Assembly (NCBI GenBank): GCA_002633005.1
Contig: NMRA01000211.1
Span: 412,262 to 476,261 of the forward strand
Reading direction: 5' to 3'
Length of the DNA stretch: 64,000 nucleotides
Source of the DNA: Phoronis australis
Taxonomy: Eukaryota; Animalia; Phoronida
In this document: piece by piece, positions 40,301 through 53,333 of the stretch
Layout: each line of letters begins with the position of its first letter
Numbering within the stretch: position 1 is the stretch's first letter
Made by a program: the position numbers and the translations under genes
Notes under the pieces: model-generated
Database searches by the model: none
Told to the model about the DNA's origin: nothing
The model's input: the letters and a program-made list of their open reading frames with translations, nothing else

Positions 40301-40820
40301 TTAGGTTCATTAATAGAAAGACAAACTGAAGCAACTTAACAACAGTAAAGATACGTCAAAATAATGGAGTCTCACAACCAGTCATAGCTAAAACCTAACC
40401 AAACAAATTCGCAATTATAATTACACATAACAAGACCAATGAAAGGCATTGAAATGCGCACACAGGTGTTTTTAGTAGTATCATAAAATTGGCCATTAGA
40501 TGGTGAAGAACATGTTTAATTCATCCCAAGTTAAAAGGGCTTCCTCGTCTCTGTAATACAAAGACAAATGTAAAAAACAAATTGTCAGGAGGCATAGCAT
40601 TAGTCGAATTCGTCCATCCATCATGAAGTTAATAGGAAGACACTTGCCAAAGTGTGATCTTGCTAAGGGTCAAGTAGATACAGCTGCACTATGGGTCACC
40701 ACAATATCGCTACTCATCTGAAAATTCAGTCGTTCTCATGTCAGTAAAAACAAATCTGCCAAATTCATCCTCCCAGCACTTTGGCAGATATATAAGTCGA
40801 CAACAAAGAAATAATTAAAA

Positions 40821-41148
40821 CTAGCCATTACCCGTGCCTTCGCATGGGTAGCAGTTACGATGGGAAACTCCGAGGGAAATAGATACTCCTAAGAGTGAAC
40901 ATTAGTGTTCATCGCAAGAGACAGGAATACGTCTTGAAAAGGCCGTGTCCAAAGCTTCAAGCACAACAGTCACAGTCAGATTTTAGTAGGCAAGGTGTGC
41001 GGCTCCGGGATTCTTTCCCCAGGTAGTACAAATTTCTTTTCAGAACATTTGACTCTGCCACAGCACAAAGTACAGTAATCGGATATTCTTTTAAGTGAAA
41101 ACTAAGAATGCATTTAAAATACTGTATAGTACACAAAGTATATATAGA
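40821..41148 (-). mobile_element. Non-autonomous Helitron (328 bp)
   Basis: Minus strand: A|TCTATATATAC ... tacccatgc-gaag-gcacgggta hairpin ... CTAG|T. Confidence 0.75.
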
Positions 41149-41189
41149 TGTATTTACAAAAGTTGCATCATAAATGTACATACTGAGGT

Positions 41190-41780
41190 AGAAAGCCAGC
41201 TATCTGTATGAAGATTATCGTCAACATACAGCTAGGTAGCTGTGTGTAAAGCTCCGTTAGACACCAAAAATTCACACAACCCCAGTGCTCAGCTTGTCAC
41301 CTCATAAAACTTAGAGCTAACATCCTACAGGGGTGCATGCAGAATCTGGGAATGAACCTACATTCATCTTGCCCGTTACAGCCGTTAATAAAAGTAAAAA
41401 GACAATCTAATAAACGTTATTTTTCGTAATTGTCTGCCTTTTGTAACAATTGAAAATCTGTAGTCGTTTTGAAAACACTGCATACTTGTGACGCGCACGT
41501 ACACGCCATTTGCGAAAATTTTGCAATATCTCTCAGAGTTTTTTTTCTGAAATAGGGTTTTATGATAATAATATAGTAAAAGCTTTTGATGAAATGAAAC
41601 GACTTACGATTGTTATGACATGCACGCAACCTCACATTTGATTGAATAACAAATTGGCCAACAGTAGACGCAACATATTGGTGTCGAAAGAGCGCATCGC
41701 AATTTTAGCAGCAAAATAACTGAAGAACGCCAATTTTCCAACACCAAGGTAAATAATTTAGTTTACTCAAGGAAGAGTAA
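41190..41780 (+). repeat. Interspersed repeat, homologous to 1745-2850
   Basis: Same shared blocks as the copy at 1745-2850. Confidence 0.7.
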
Positions 41781-43352
41781 GAATTTTATAGTGACGCATC
41801 ACTAATTTTGGCGGCGACATGCCCGATGAAATATATACGAGACAGAAGCCGGAGGGATTGAAATTAAGAAGACGAACAGACGTCACCAAGGCCAGTACAA
41901 AACCGGCCACCCTCCCAGTGTCAGCAAAAAAAACGACCCGCGAGAAACAAATAGAACACCTCGAATCCAAATAGGGGGCCGGTGCAATACCTGGGACCAA
42001 GGCGATGCCGAAACGGGTGCAACAAAGGTCTGTAATGGAGCGGGGAAGACAGAGTTTGGGCAAACGATGCATTTTATACAATAGATGGCCCATGGGTGGT
42101 GCAGAATACGTCATACGTCGAATTAGTCTCAAGATAGGAAGGTGCTGTTGTTTTCATAATAGAAACTTGTTTGCCATACTTCATGCATGAAAAAACACCA
42201 AGCAACTCTGAAGAAACAGAAGCTAACAAAAAAGCTAAAACTGCTACTATGGGAGCACAATAGTAGGCAGTCATCCAAAACATTTTGGGCAGCACAGTTG
42301 TAGTCAGAGAGAACTCAAGTCATGGGCAGCCATTGATACGCTGAAAGGAAACAACCAGCAAGTTTTCAAACATCCTGAAAAGGAATCAGGAGCCAAAGCC
42401 ACAGTCGCAACAATTACGAATCACCATTAGGGGACAGGGCTTGGAATGACCAATGACAAAAAAGAGAACAGGAAAGAGAAGGAATTGAAACCAAGAGGAA
42501 ATCCTCTTAAAAGAGGAATATTCCAAGCCCTGGACGCCACAGCAGTCAAGATGAAAAAACAGCATCAGCCATGGCCTTCTCATAGGGAACACAACTTCTA
42601 TGTTTCATTAAGGATCCTTTGAGCAATGTGCATTTTATGTATTTCGCTAAAACTGTTACCATACAAAACCCAAAAATAAAAATGGTTCATGGGGAAAGGA
42701 TATGAACACGCAGATGACAGGTATATCCATGATAATGCCAACCCATTCACGGATTACCCCAGCCCACTAACCACCAAACTTCATCAGTAAGATGTTTGAT
42801 CGCTTCAAAGACACTGCAGATACAGTAGCAGTGGGGCTTAGTACTTAGCCAAACGCGACTTCGCAAAAATCCCAAGTCGCCAAATCTGACATCGGAGTAG
42901 TCAACAAAAAATTCTAAAAACTTTCATGACGTATTGTTCTACAAAAATTGCGTATACCTCTTCCATTTCTCCCAGCAAAAGATTTGCTCTATCTAGCTGA
43001 ATTACTCCTGCCAACAGAAAACGCAGACATCAGATATACTGGGGGCACGTGTTTCATGGTCGGACTTTTGCCGAACAAGTCTGACTTACATCTGTTTACT
43101 TCCTCTTGTAATTTGAGCATTTAATGTGTGCTGACTGCTGATTTCACAGTTAACATGTGCCGATCGTCTGCTTCAGCCACGAATGGAATATTGGGCCCAA
43201 AGGGCATATTGGTCATTGCAGAGCATGCGGGATATGCATCTGTCTTGAAATAACGCTTTGAAATGAAATGTATCCATCATGTGAGATGCAAACCAGGACC
43301 AACTGTTGACTTGTTAAGCATGTTCAAGATCAACTTCAAACATGGCTGGCAT

Positions 43353-43731
43353 TAGGCAATGACCACCCAGCAGTCCTTCGTTCAGTTGCCCAAATCGGCA
43401 ACTGGCCATTTTCAATACTGCGCGCACTCCTGGCAGACGTAGGAAAAACAGGAGCGCGTGCAGTGTAAAAATAGCCAGTTTCAGATTTGGACAAGGACTG
43501 CTCAAGAAAAAGTTTGACCATGGGAGTATTTGTTTGAGTTAGAAGGAATTAAAGACATCGACCGCCTCCTCAGGTGTATCTCTATGCGCAAAAGGTCTTA
43601 CAACTCTTGATGCAACTCGATGGTTTAATCAGTGTGAGGCACAATTCGCTGAAAAGTTTCAGGCGTAGGAAGCTCCATTAGGTGTTTCGCCATCTCCACT
43701 GGGACCAACTAGAGACGGTGGTCACTGTCTA
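43353..43731. mobile_element. TAG..CTA MITE, older copy
   Basis: taggcaatgacca...tggtcactgtcta; internal homology to 47380-47697; TSD not recognisable. Confidence 0.75.
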
Positions 43732-44508
43732 AGCTCTGGCGTGACATACTTAAGGCGACACAGAAAATGTTACGACTTCTGGGCACCTTGTCAATTTAAT
43801 TTCAGTCATCAGAGAATTTGTCTGAATCAAAAATGAGCTTGTACAATTATTTCAATCAACAAATTACTATTTGAAGTTTAAACACTTTTGGAAGCCCAGG
43901 TCTCACTGGCACTGGCAGAAATACTCATGAAATACTTGGATACTGAACCCATTGTTGGTTTTCAACACAGTGCGGAGCAGAAGGTGAATCGAAAAAAAAA
44001 AACAACGTAAGTTGTCACTGTCATAAAAGGAGAACGTCAAACAATAACAGAAATTTTTATTAGACATAACAAATCGTGCAATTCTGCTAATAAGTGTACT
44101 TAAGTAGAATTTTTTGAGTTATTAGGTGTTTTGAAGTGGTCGACCAGCAGCCACTGCAGCCAAGCACGAAATCGATCTAGCTCTCTTAAATTTACAAAAC
44201 TGACTAACTGAAGCCACAAAATTTGGTAAAGTCACATTCCCAGCTTGCAGGTGAGTCACTTGGAAGTGTTTGAACAAATTATTATTTATTGCAAAGAGGT
44301 TAAAGATAGTACTGTGTACATGTGTGAATTAAAAAAAGGATTGACTCAAGTCTAAGTGATATATAAAAGTTTTAGGTTGTCCGAAGGGGTAGGAAATTCA
44401 GCTTGTACACGCCAAATTTTTGATTGACCTGGACAATCTGACAGGGTTATTGTTTACAATATGATGACACTGACCTACACACGATTTTGGAATCGTTCAA
44501 TTCCTCAC

Positions 44509-47044
44509 GTTATCTTTCCAAAAATATATGAATATATCCTCTACTGCATTTCCTTCGTATTTATCGTCGAATTGCAGTTCGCACTATTTCCTGGTTGACA
44601 CCGCCATGTTAGCTCAACTCAGTACTACAGCGACACGTGTCATCATCGATACTGAATGGTGTTTGCCCTCACGAGGTTCCCACTAAAGTTTTCCTGACAT
44701 AATATTGAGGAACAAGCAGCAGCATTTCACCTTTTCCAATTTTTTTAGAATTATGACCATTTATGCACGAAATTGTTGGAAGTGATACCCTTTTCATCAA
44801 ATTTGACCTCAACAACACCCTAGGCTTTTTCGTGGATTTTTTCCTAGCAGATGCGTAGTAGGGTCACCATAGGATCGAATACGAACCCTTGGGACCGCAA
44901 CTCAAGCAGGGAATAGACCAGTCTCGGTCAATTTGAACTTATGAAAAGCGACAATCGGCAGAAGTCGGTAGATTACCGGTTCAGTTTTTGACTGCCAGGT
45001 GATTCCTTCCATTCAACATGCAGTATTACAACCGAGTACTGGGAAATAATGCGAGCAGAAATTCACGGCAAAATACTAAGAGAACAGGTTAGGAGAAGTT
45101 TCTGTGTATTTTTGGAAAGCTAACCTTGCAACTGCTTGCAAGGAATCGAATGATGCCAAAATCACATGTAATGTGTAAGTCATATTGTAAACAATTACCT
45201 CTGAGAGTCGTTAATTTTGAGTTCTGTAAGGTGATTAATTCATCAGCGCACCTCCACATTCTAATTCCATACCCTCAATTCAGCAGATCTGAGAATCGAC
45301 ATTTATCACTTCCGCATATATCTCCGAGGAGAAATAAATGATACGTCGAGGTTAGTTACCACGTTCAGATATTCTGAATAATTATTTGACGAATACACCG
45401 CACTGTGTAATGACCGTTTCTTTAGGAGACACAGACAAACACGGGAAATGTTTGAGAAATTGCTCGATTTCAAAACCCTTCGACCAGGCAAATGAATCAA
45501 AGGCGGCCATCTTGAAATTCTCAGGTTTGAGAGAAAAGTCAACAATTTTTTCATTGTTTCAAGCAACTCTCGAACACCTTTTACTCTGAAAGCACTCTTC
45601 TACATACAGAACATTCAATTACACAGCCAGAACTAATTTTTGAGTCAAAAATAAAGTAAACCGACTCCAAAACCTTACCGTTACGATTTCTCAATGGGCG
45701 TTAGCAATCATTCGGGGTCGCCTTTTCAATTCCATGAAGGGCAAAATAAGAATATGCGCTTGCGCTGTGCGCATTTATTTATAGCGTCTGCTTTATTCTA
45801 TTTTTAGATACTCAACGAGCTATAATAGGTCTACACATCTCATTCTTGAAGTCACTAGAATCAAAAGTAACACTGGAAGATTTAATAGGATGTGGGGAGG
45901 AGCAACTGTAATTTTCGTCGGACTATCTTTGCTTAATCCCTAAAGCAATTGCCAAAGTCTTTCTTTTCTCAGGGTCTCCCAAATCCGCCTAAGCCAGCAT
46001 CACTCGTGGAAGCCTCCCTTAGGCATTTTTAGTGGCCAACGAATGTGACTGTGAGTCCACTGACCGAGTTTTATAGGCCTATGAGATTCATGCCTCCACC
46101 GTAGGCCTAGGTGTACAAGGGCTTGTTAAAATTATGTTTTTTTTATTAAAAATGGACATGCTGTTTAAAATGAAAACAAAGTCATAAATTAAAAAACTGC
46201 ACTGAACAAGGTTTTCGACATGTCATCTTGAAAATAAACATTATTATACGAAATTTGATCATATTATTGATACGTGTCTACCGTTGTTTCGTTGGTAGGC
46301 CAATTACTATACTTTTCTTTCTTCTAGTAATACTAGAATATTTATGACCTAACTTCACGCGACGGGCAAATTCGTATGTCAAATTCTACAGGCTTCAGTT
46401 GGCTGCTTCATAGTAGATTTCAGAAAACAAATATGCTTTCCTAGAGTTAAATTGTTGAGTTGTGTAGATACTTGGCTGCCGCATGCACATAGGCTTGTCG
46501 AATCGATTATATAGGATCGAATGTACAAATGCAAGTAACGAGGAAAGTCGTGCAGGAACTGCCTTCTCAGGACACCGGCACTGAAGCCAGCAGGAGTCTG
46601 CGGTTTTTCTGAGCATTGCCAATATCCACAAAACAATAAATTTTTAATCAATCAATCAATTGTATTTGTGAAAGAAGAAAACCTGTGTCCATGGTTTTGC
46701 TTAAATTTGTCAAAAAAGACTGACAGGCCTACATTAATAGCAAAACAGTATCAAAGTTGAATTTTATTTGAGTGGATAATTAACTCTGTTTAGTTTATGG
46801 CCTTTCAAGCAAAAGGGGAAATTCTACTAGCAATTCTCAACAGCGTTTTGGAGAATAGAACACAGAAGTAAGGTATCAGAAAGTTTACTTGTGGTGACAC
46901 ATGTTCTGCTGAAAAAATCGAAGTTTTATGCCTGTCCAGCGGTCTCATACAGGCGGCAGCGACAAGCTGCAACTGAAGCGACGTCTTGCGATATAATGCG
47001 TAGCCTGACGCCTAACGAGAAATTTACCGGAAATAAACAAAAAC
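44509..47044. promoter_or_regulatory. Divergent Cdc42/ELP5 promoter region with candidate Cdc42 non-coding first exons
   Basis: Minus-strand donors after 45679 (gtaagg) and 44509 (gtgagg); minus TATAAATA at 45776-45783; GCGCTTGCGC at 45756; YY1-like motifs; ACCGGAAAT at 47026 upstream of the ELP5 ATG. Confidence 0.5.
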
Positions 47045-47099
47045 ATGTTGAGCGATTTGCTGAGTGGCAATGACTCCTCTAAATTGGTCGTCATTGAAG
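47045..47099 (+). CDS. ELP5: Elongator complex protein 5 exon 1
   Basis: aaacATG; MLSDLLSGNDSSKLVVIE-D, G|gtaaac (compare ELP5 MLDSLL...GLVLLRDS). Confidence 0.8.
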
Positions 47100-47216
47100 G
47101 TAAACCATTGTTTATATGATAATTGAACTGTTTTAATTGTGAGCTAAACACCCAGTCTCAAGTTTTTGGACGAATAACTGAGGAAGACAGCACTTGACGC
47201 TTCTCATACAGACAGT

Positions 47217-47277
47217 TGTAGATTAGGCAATTACATCGCCCTGACTGAGTCAGGGCGATGTAATTGCCTAATCTACA
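47217..47277. repeat. Perfect 61-bp palindrome (30-bp arms, 1-nt spacer)
   Basis: tgtagattaggcaattacatcgccctgact-g-agtcagggcgatgtaattgcctaatctaca. Confidence 0.95.
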
Positions 47278-47379
47278 GTCATATATCCCCAAGAGTTATA
47301 ATTGACACATACCATGATTCTGTATACAATTTAGTCAACATAACTTGAACATATCCATGAAATGACTGTTGCGGTTCGC

Positions 47380-47697
47380 TAGGCAATGACCATCGCCTCT
47401 GACCTTCGGCCTGGTTAAAAAAATGAAAATGTTGATTTCACGATTTTGGGAACTGGAATAGGGACTGCTCGAAGAAAAAGTTTGATAATGGGAGTATTTG
47501 TTCGAGTTGGAAGGAATTAAACACATCGACAACCTCCTCAGGTGTTCCTCTATGCGCAAAAGGTATTTATAACAACGTGACTTTGATGGTTTAGTCGGTG
47601 CAAGGCATAATTCGCCGAAAAGCTTCCGGCGTACAGAGCGCCTATAGCCTCTGCATCGCCTCTGGTTCGGGCCAACAGAGGCGATGGTCATTGCCTA
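47380..47697. mobile_element. TAG..CTA MITE, young copy with 9-bp TSD
   Basis: Perfect 22-bp TIR taggcaatgaccatcgcctctg; gcggttcgc on both flanks. Confidence 0.88.
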
Positions 47698-48233
47698 GCG
47701 GTTCGCTAGAGTTTCTCTCACCGCCACCAGGTGCCATTTTGAGGAAGTTTCATGAAATCACACCTGTTGAAGAACAAAAAGTCCAAGGGACACAAATATA
47801 ACAAATTTCACCTGATATCTTCCCACGCTGTTTTGCAAGTGTCGCGCGCCACATCACGCGCTTCGCTCCAGTCTATCGCTAGCCTTTGCCTAACTCACGT
47901 TGAAATATTTTGTGGTTATCACACGCACGGTGATAAAGTTAATGGTGACCAAAAAAGTGGAGTTGAAATTCTTCGCCAAAGTCACCTTAATTCTCATAAC
48001 TATGCTTCTTTGAAGCTATGTGTAGAAGCAGAAAGGATCACTGAAGAAAGTAAGCGCCTTTTTAATTTTTTAGTTTTAAGTGTAGAATGTATTTTTGATG
48101 AGGTGAAAACTCTTAATCCGTGAGCGGATTTCGCCTACCGCCCATTTAAAATACATGGGACAAAATTAGTACAGAGAGTGGTAGGAAGTATTGTTGCCCC
48201 TAACCGGCCAACCGAGGGGCTTCGTGTTGCCTA

Positions 48234-48768
48234 GTTGTAGATGTGCTTCCGGTGAATCATATGAGCCCCTGTTAGCTACTCGCTAACGGCAATTGCGTAT
48301 TAGCTGAATGGTTGGCACACTCGCCGATTTTATGGGGGTTGCTGGTTCGTTTCCCGGGTCGGGTAATCTCGTCTATTACTAGAAATGGCGTAGTCGGCAA
48401 ACGGATGATCTACCGATGAAGCACTACTGACTAGTACCTGTGAACCTCGGACAGCACGCATGGATGTTGATGGTAAAAGTTCCAGGAGTCGAGGACATGT
48501 ATGAGAGACTACCTTGTGTTGTGGTGGTAAAGGTACCAAGGGAAGTTGATGACCTATATGCGAGACAACCTGGTGTTCACCTTACGGGTGGCGTGTCTGT
48601 TCCGTAGGGAAGGGGGGAATGTTGTAGTTTTGGTTCCGGTGAATCATATGAGCCTCTGTTAGCTACTCGCTAACAAGCAACTGCCTGTTATTTGAATGGT
48701 TTGCACTCTGGCCTGTTTTATGGGAGTCGCTGGTTCGATTCCTGGTTTGGGTAATCTCGGCTATTACT
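48234..48768 (+). repeat. Two ~145-bp direct repeats (387-bp period) each containing a tRNA-like Pol III promoter
   Basis: ttccggtgaatcatatgagc...ctattact at 48247-48380 and 48634-48768; A-box TAGCTGAATGG and B-box GGTTCG(T/A)TTCC. Confidence 0.65.
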
Positions 48769-48926
48769 GCACAGTGTTCCCTTCCGAACCGCCACTCATT
48801 TCGGAGGCACTTCGCAGATAATTAATTTACCAAAAATTGGACGAAGTTTGAAGGAATTAGTAAACTTATCTTACTGTTATCAAATGTAGTTCTTGGGTTG
48901 TATTTGCACCAACGCTGAATATTGTG

Positions 48927-49425
48927 TAGACAGTGACCATTGTCTCTACTGGTACTGCCAGTAGAGATGGTGTAGCTCCTATAGGCACTTCGTACGCTGG
49001 AAGCTTTTCGGTGAATTATGCCTGGCACTGACTAAAACATCAAAGTCGCGTTGTTATAAATACCTTTTGCGCATAGAGGGACACTTTAGGAGACTGTCGA
49101 TGTATTTAATTCCTTCCAATTCTAACAAATACTGTTTCTTCGAGCAATCCCTCGTTCAGTTCCCAAAATCAGTAACTCGCCATTTTTAACACTGTGCGCG
49201 GCAGGTGGTATGACGTCGTATTCCCTGGCGTGTGCAGTTTGAAAATGGCGAGTTACAGATTTTGGGAACTGAAGGAGGGACTGCATCGATGGCCTCCTAA
49301 TGTGTCCCTCTATGCGCAAAAGATGAACGTGACTTTGATGTTTTAGTCAGTGCGAGGCATAATTCGCGGAAAACCTTCCAGCATATGAAGCTCCACCGTC
49401 TCTACTAGCAGATAGTCACTGTCTA
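48927..49425. mobile_element. TAG..CTA MITE with long inverted arms
   Basis: tagacagtgac...gtcactgtcta; flanks aatattgtg and aaagttgtg (7/9 match). Confidence 0.8.
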
Positions 49426-49867
49426 AAAGTTGTGGTGCACTTGGTTGTAATCTGAATCGCCAAATGAATTTTGGCTTATAACCAACCATAACCTTGTTTA
49501 TTGTTACCTAAAACCGAGATAAACCGTGGAGTTTAAGAAATTAATTAATTTTTAATTAAAACAAAAATTCTGTGTGTTGAGTTTGGCAATTATAAAAAGC
49601 ATGATGCTCATTCAATAAAGCTATTTAAGAGGAAACACCAAGAATTTTGATGTAAACGCAAACCAATGTTTGATTGCTGGTGTGTCAGTTGTGTATCACT
49701 CCAACCACTGTTGCAATGGAGTTTTTGAAACAAGGTTTTGTCGATTATGGTAGATTCATTCCTCTTTATCACTGCCATGTTGTTAGCATACTCTTTGCAA
49801 AGTTCATTCGACAATTTCAATTTAGTTGACGTGAAATATTAGATATTGAGTGAAACTTCCATTTTAG

Positions 49868-50012
49868 ATTCCTGTGCAGTGAGTGGGCGAGCACTTCTCA
49901 AGTCCTGGGTATGCTACCTTGCCTCTCGTGTACAGTGTGTGCATGTTGTACACTATGATGCTGCACTTATGACCGAGTTCAGAAGTGACTTACCTGGACA
50001 CGTTTTAGCCAA
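49868..50012 (+). CDS. ELP5: ELP5 exon 2
   Basis: ttttag|; DSCAVSGRALLKSWVCYLASRVQCVHVVHYDAALMTEFRSDLPGHVLAK; |gtaaga (compare DSVEWEGRSLLK). Confidence 0.85.
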
Positions 50013-50494
50013 GTAAGAATGTAACTTGCCAGCAGCCCTTTGATACATTAAACTGGAACAATTGAAAGTCTACTGCAGTATTGTCGAAAGCATTTTCATA
50101 TTAGTTCCGCAAATAGCCAACAGAGTTGAAATTGGGGAGAGTATAGGAGGGGTACTCCCTCCCGTGGAATTCAGGTCTCATTTTGTGCATTCTAGAGGCT
50201 TTGAAATGCCTTCTTTGAAGTACTATGGAAAATATTGGTCCAACAGCCCCCAGACCAGTTCCTGTGCTCATGAAATTGTGTGTTTAAGTGAGAGTGCACT
50301 TTAGTAAGGTGAATTTAGCAACCTTGGTAATTTGAGTCATGCTTTCAGATTAATTAGGCAATATTACAGTAAATCTGAGTGGCCTGTTGAATTAACTGTT
50401 AGCCGAACTTGACCTATGGCAAAAGTCTTGGTCTTTTAAGAACTAATCGTTACATTATTCATTGGATAAGCCATTATTTTTAACCACATTGCAG

Positions 50495-50685
50495 GGCTTC
50501 ATGGCATGACTACTCTGAAGACCTGCTTGGATGGGACAATGGCCTGTCATCTGTCGCTAGAAATCTACCTAAGCCATCATCAGTGCAGACAGAAGCTTAT
50601 GTGTTCCACTCTTTGTCACCATTGTTGATGACTATGAGTGCAGCCTACGCATGTCAAACCTTACACAGCTTGCATAGCAGGAAAG
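50495..50685 (+). CDS. ELP5: ELP5 exon 3
   Basis: ASWHDYSEDLLGWD...FHSLSPLL...ACQTLHSL (compare YHDFFRDPLNW, DSLSWLL, LCQVLHAV). Confidence 0.85.
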
Positions 50686-51792
50686 GTAGTCTAGCAATAA
50701 TCTACAGTATATCACAGGGGTTTTATTAATTTTGCATGAACATGCCACCTTTGGCTTCAATACCACAGGTCCTTTTTCGTAAAATGTAACTGAAGTGCTA
50801 AAAACTACTATTTACATTTTTTGACAATTGATTACACTGTCAGCATCATTAATCTTACCTGCGTATCACAGTCATGAATTCAATATCCCAAATACGAGAA
50901 ATGAGAAGAAAATGTGACATGAACTTTCCTGGCACCAGTGTGTCATGTTGACCATCACGCGAGTTTCTTGTACAAACTTGTACCACGTCGACGCTTCTCC
51001 GATGTCCTGTAAGAAAGTGAAAAGAGCCACAGCCATGCTCAAATACTGAGTTGTAGCAACCACCTCAAATCCAACTCCTCGCTATTCCTTATGCTATCAT
51101 AAACCTCATGAAAATGTGCTGTAGTGTCTGACAACTTCTCACACTTAGCACAATGGAGGATGACTAGTGCTGTGATTGGTTGAAATGTTTTACGTAGTAT
51201 ATTTTGCCCAATAAATGCTTGTAACTCGAGATCAGTTAAAATATTTACACAGCCTAAGATACTGTTAACTAGTGTTCAAATTTGACAGTCGGTCAACTGG
51301 TGGTTTTTTTTTTTGGTTTTTGGTGTTTTTGATATGAAATTGGTGATTAAGTACTTTAAGACTCAAGACATGAATTAAGACTTGCGTCCCCACTTCACAT
51401 TTACTGCATAAAGGTTTCGCCATATAATTATTAGTACATCACAACCCAGAAATAATTGATGCAAATAATACCAGTAACTGGCACTTATGGGTGTATTCTC
51501 TGATACTTTTGCTGAAGTTAGTTAATTATTTCTCAAAAATAGTTATATGCGGAAGACCAAATTTCTGACATTTTATTCATTAGGTGGCATTTTTGTACCC
51601 ACCTTTCCAGAGACTAATTTTTGTATTATTTCTATTCCTAGCTATAATGACTATTTCGCCAACCCAACTCTTTTTTTCATCTCTGGAAACAGCCTTTCTT
51701 ATGCACGCTCCATGTTTGTTACGGAACATGTCATTCATAAATAACATTTCATTGAAGCAACTTTCTTGAAGCAGTTTTTAATTTCATTCTAG

Positions 51793-51968
51793 GTGCTGTA
51801 GTCCCTATCATAGCTTTAGTACATCGTGACCTACATGAGGATACAGACTTGCAGCTACTGGAGCACATTTCATCCACTGTGATTACACTGTCTCCTGGTG
51901 TGGGTACACCATTTGCAGCAACGTGCTCCATACTGCACAAGAGATCCACGGGTAAAGTTAGCAAAAAG
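51793..51968 (+). CDS. ELP5: ELP5 exon 4
   Basis: PIIALVHRDLHEDTDLQLLEHISSTVITL...CSILHKRSTGKVSKK (LxHxDLH motif). Confidence 0.88.
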
Positions 51969-53333
51969 GTATGTCTAATGTATTTCCTCTTGAAACACAC
52001 TGGACTAGGATATTTTATAAGATATCTAGTAAAATTTATCTGGAAGCAAATAAACTTGCAGAAGACCATATAACTATCAGGTGTGCGTTGTGAAACAGTG
52101 GTCAGTATACTAGATGAAATGAAATCATTAATGTTCCGTTATTGAAACTTCCTTAAGTTTGTTTACAATTTTCCAAGTTTGTTTTCTGTTTCAGGTTTCT
52201 CTTTTGCATTGTACACCTGAGTGAGAATAAACAACCCTTAACTTTTTCTGGAATTGATCTCATTCTGAACGCAGGTTAACAACAAAATTATATGCTGTCA
52301 AGTGACTGGTCATGACAAAAGATGGTGTCAGGCAGAGATCTCCTGACTGTCTATTTGCTTCACTAATGAAGTGACATGTTGCAAATGTTTGGTGCAAAAG
52401 ATGGCTGTCTCTTAGAGTTAGTGTAAAAGATGTGATCAGAACATTTTGCTAACAAATTCATTCCTATAAGGACAGTGGTGAGTTTCATGACAAGTGACTG
52501 AAGACAGGAACTTCACAGTTGCTGAACAAATTTTTTGCCAAGTAATTACGGACACATCACAGTATAGAAATAAGTTATAGAAATTATCTTAGATACTAGC
52601 ATTCATTTTTGGTCATGTGCATTATTTTTCAAAAATATTTGTGTGGAGTGTTATGCCAAATTTACGACGTTTCACGAGAGCGACCCTTGGTTTGATCCTA
52701 ATATGCCTCAATTTGAGGGTTGTTTTTGATAGCATTTGGGTATCTAATCCAAGCTGAATAACTCACTGAACAGCGATACTTGTGGATGGTGGTCATGCTT
52801 ATTTTACCTGATTCTTGTTTACTTGCTTCTTTCAGCAGTTATCTCTTGATTTCAAGGAGTACTGTTTCAACCATGAAATTCAATTCTTTTATTTGTCACA
52901 CTCTCTGCTTATATGTCCCTCTTCCCGCTGTCATGTGTATTTCACTGTTTATTTTGCTTTGTATATGTTCATTCCTCTTATTGCCTGATGATGTGACATG
53001 CAGTCACAAAATATAACTGGTATTTTAATTTGTTTGTTTGTTATGTCTCTCGGTGTTTTACTTCATACCTGCACACCTGAAGAAAGGAGACTGTTTCGAA
53101 ATTACGAGCATACCAAGCATTAAGTCTAGTCATGTTTTTATTGAATTATGTCTTTTAAGAAAGTTTCTTGGTATTCTTGAACAGCAAAAGCAAGTGTTGA
53201 ATTTTTATTATTATTGTTGTTGCCATTGTCATGATCACTGATGCCATTTTTAAAACAAATGGCTAACACTTGTGAGGCTGTTCACAAAGTGACACTTCAT
53301 CTGAATTAGGTGCTTGCATACAAATATTTTCAG

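Noticed and set aside
41767-42600. ORFs in a compositionally distinct stretch (possible retroelement relic)
   Set aside because: No RT, RNase H, integrase or recombinase motif could be recognised.
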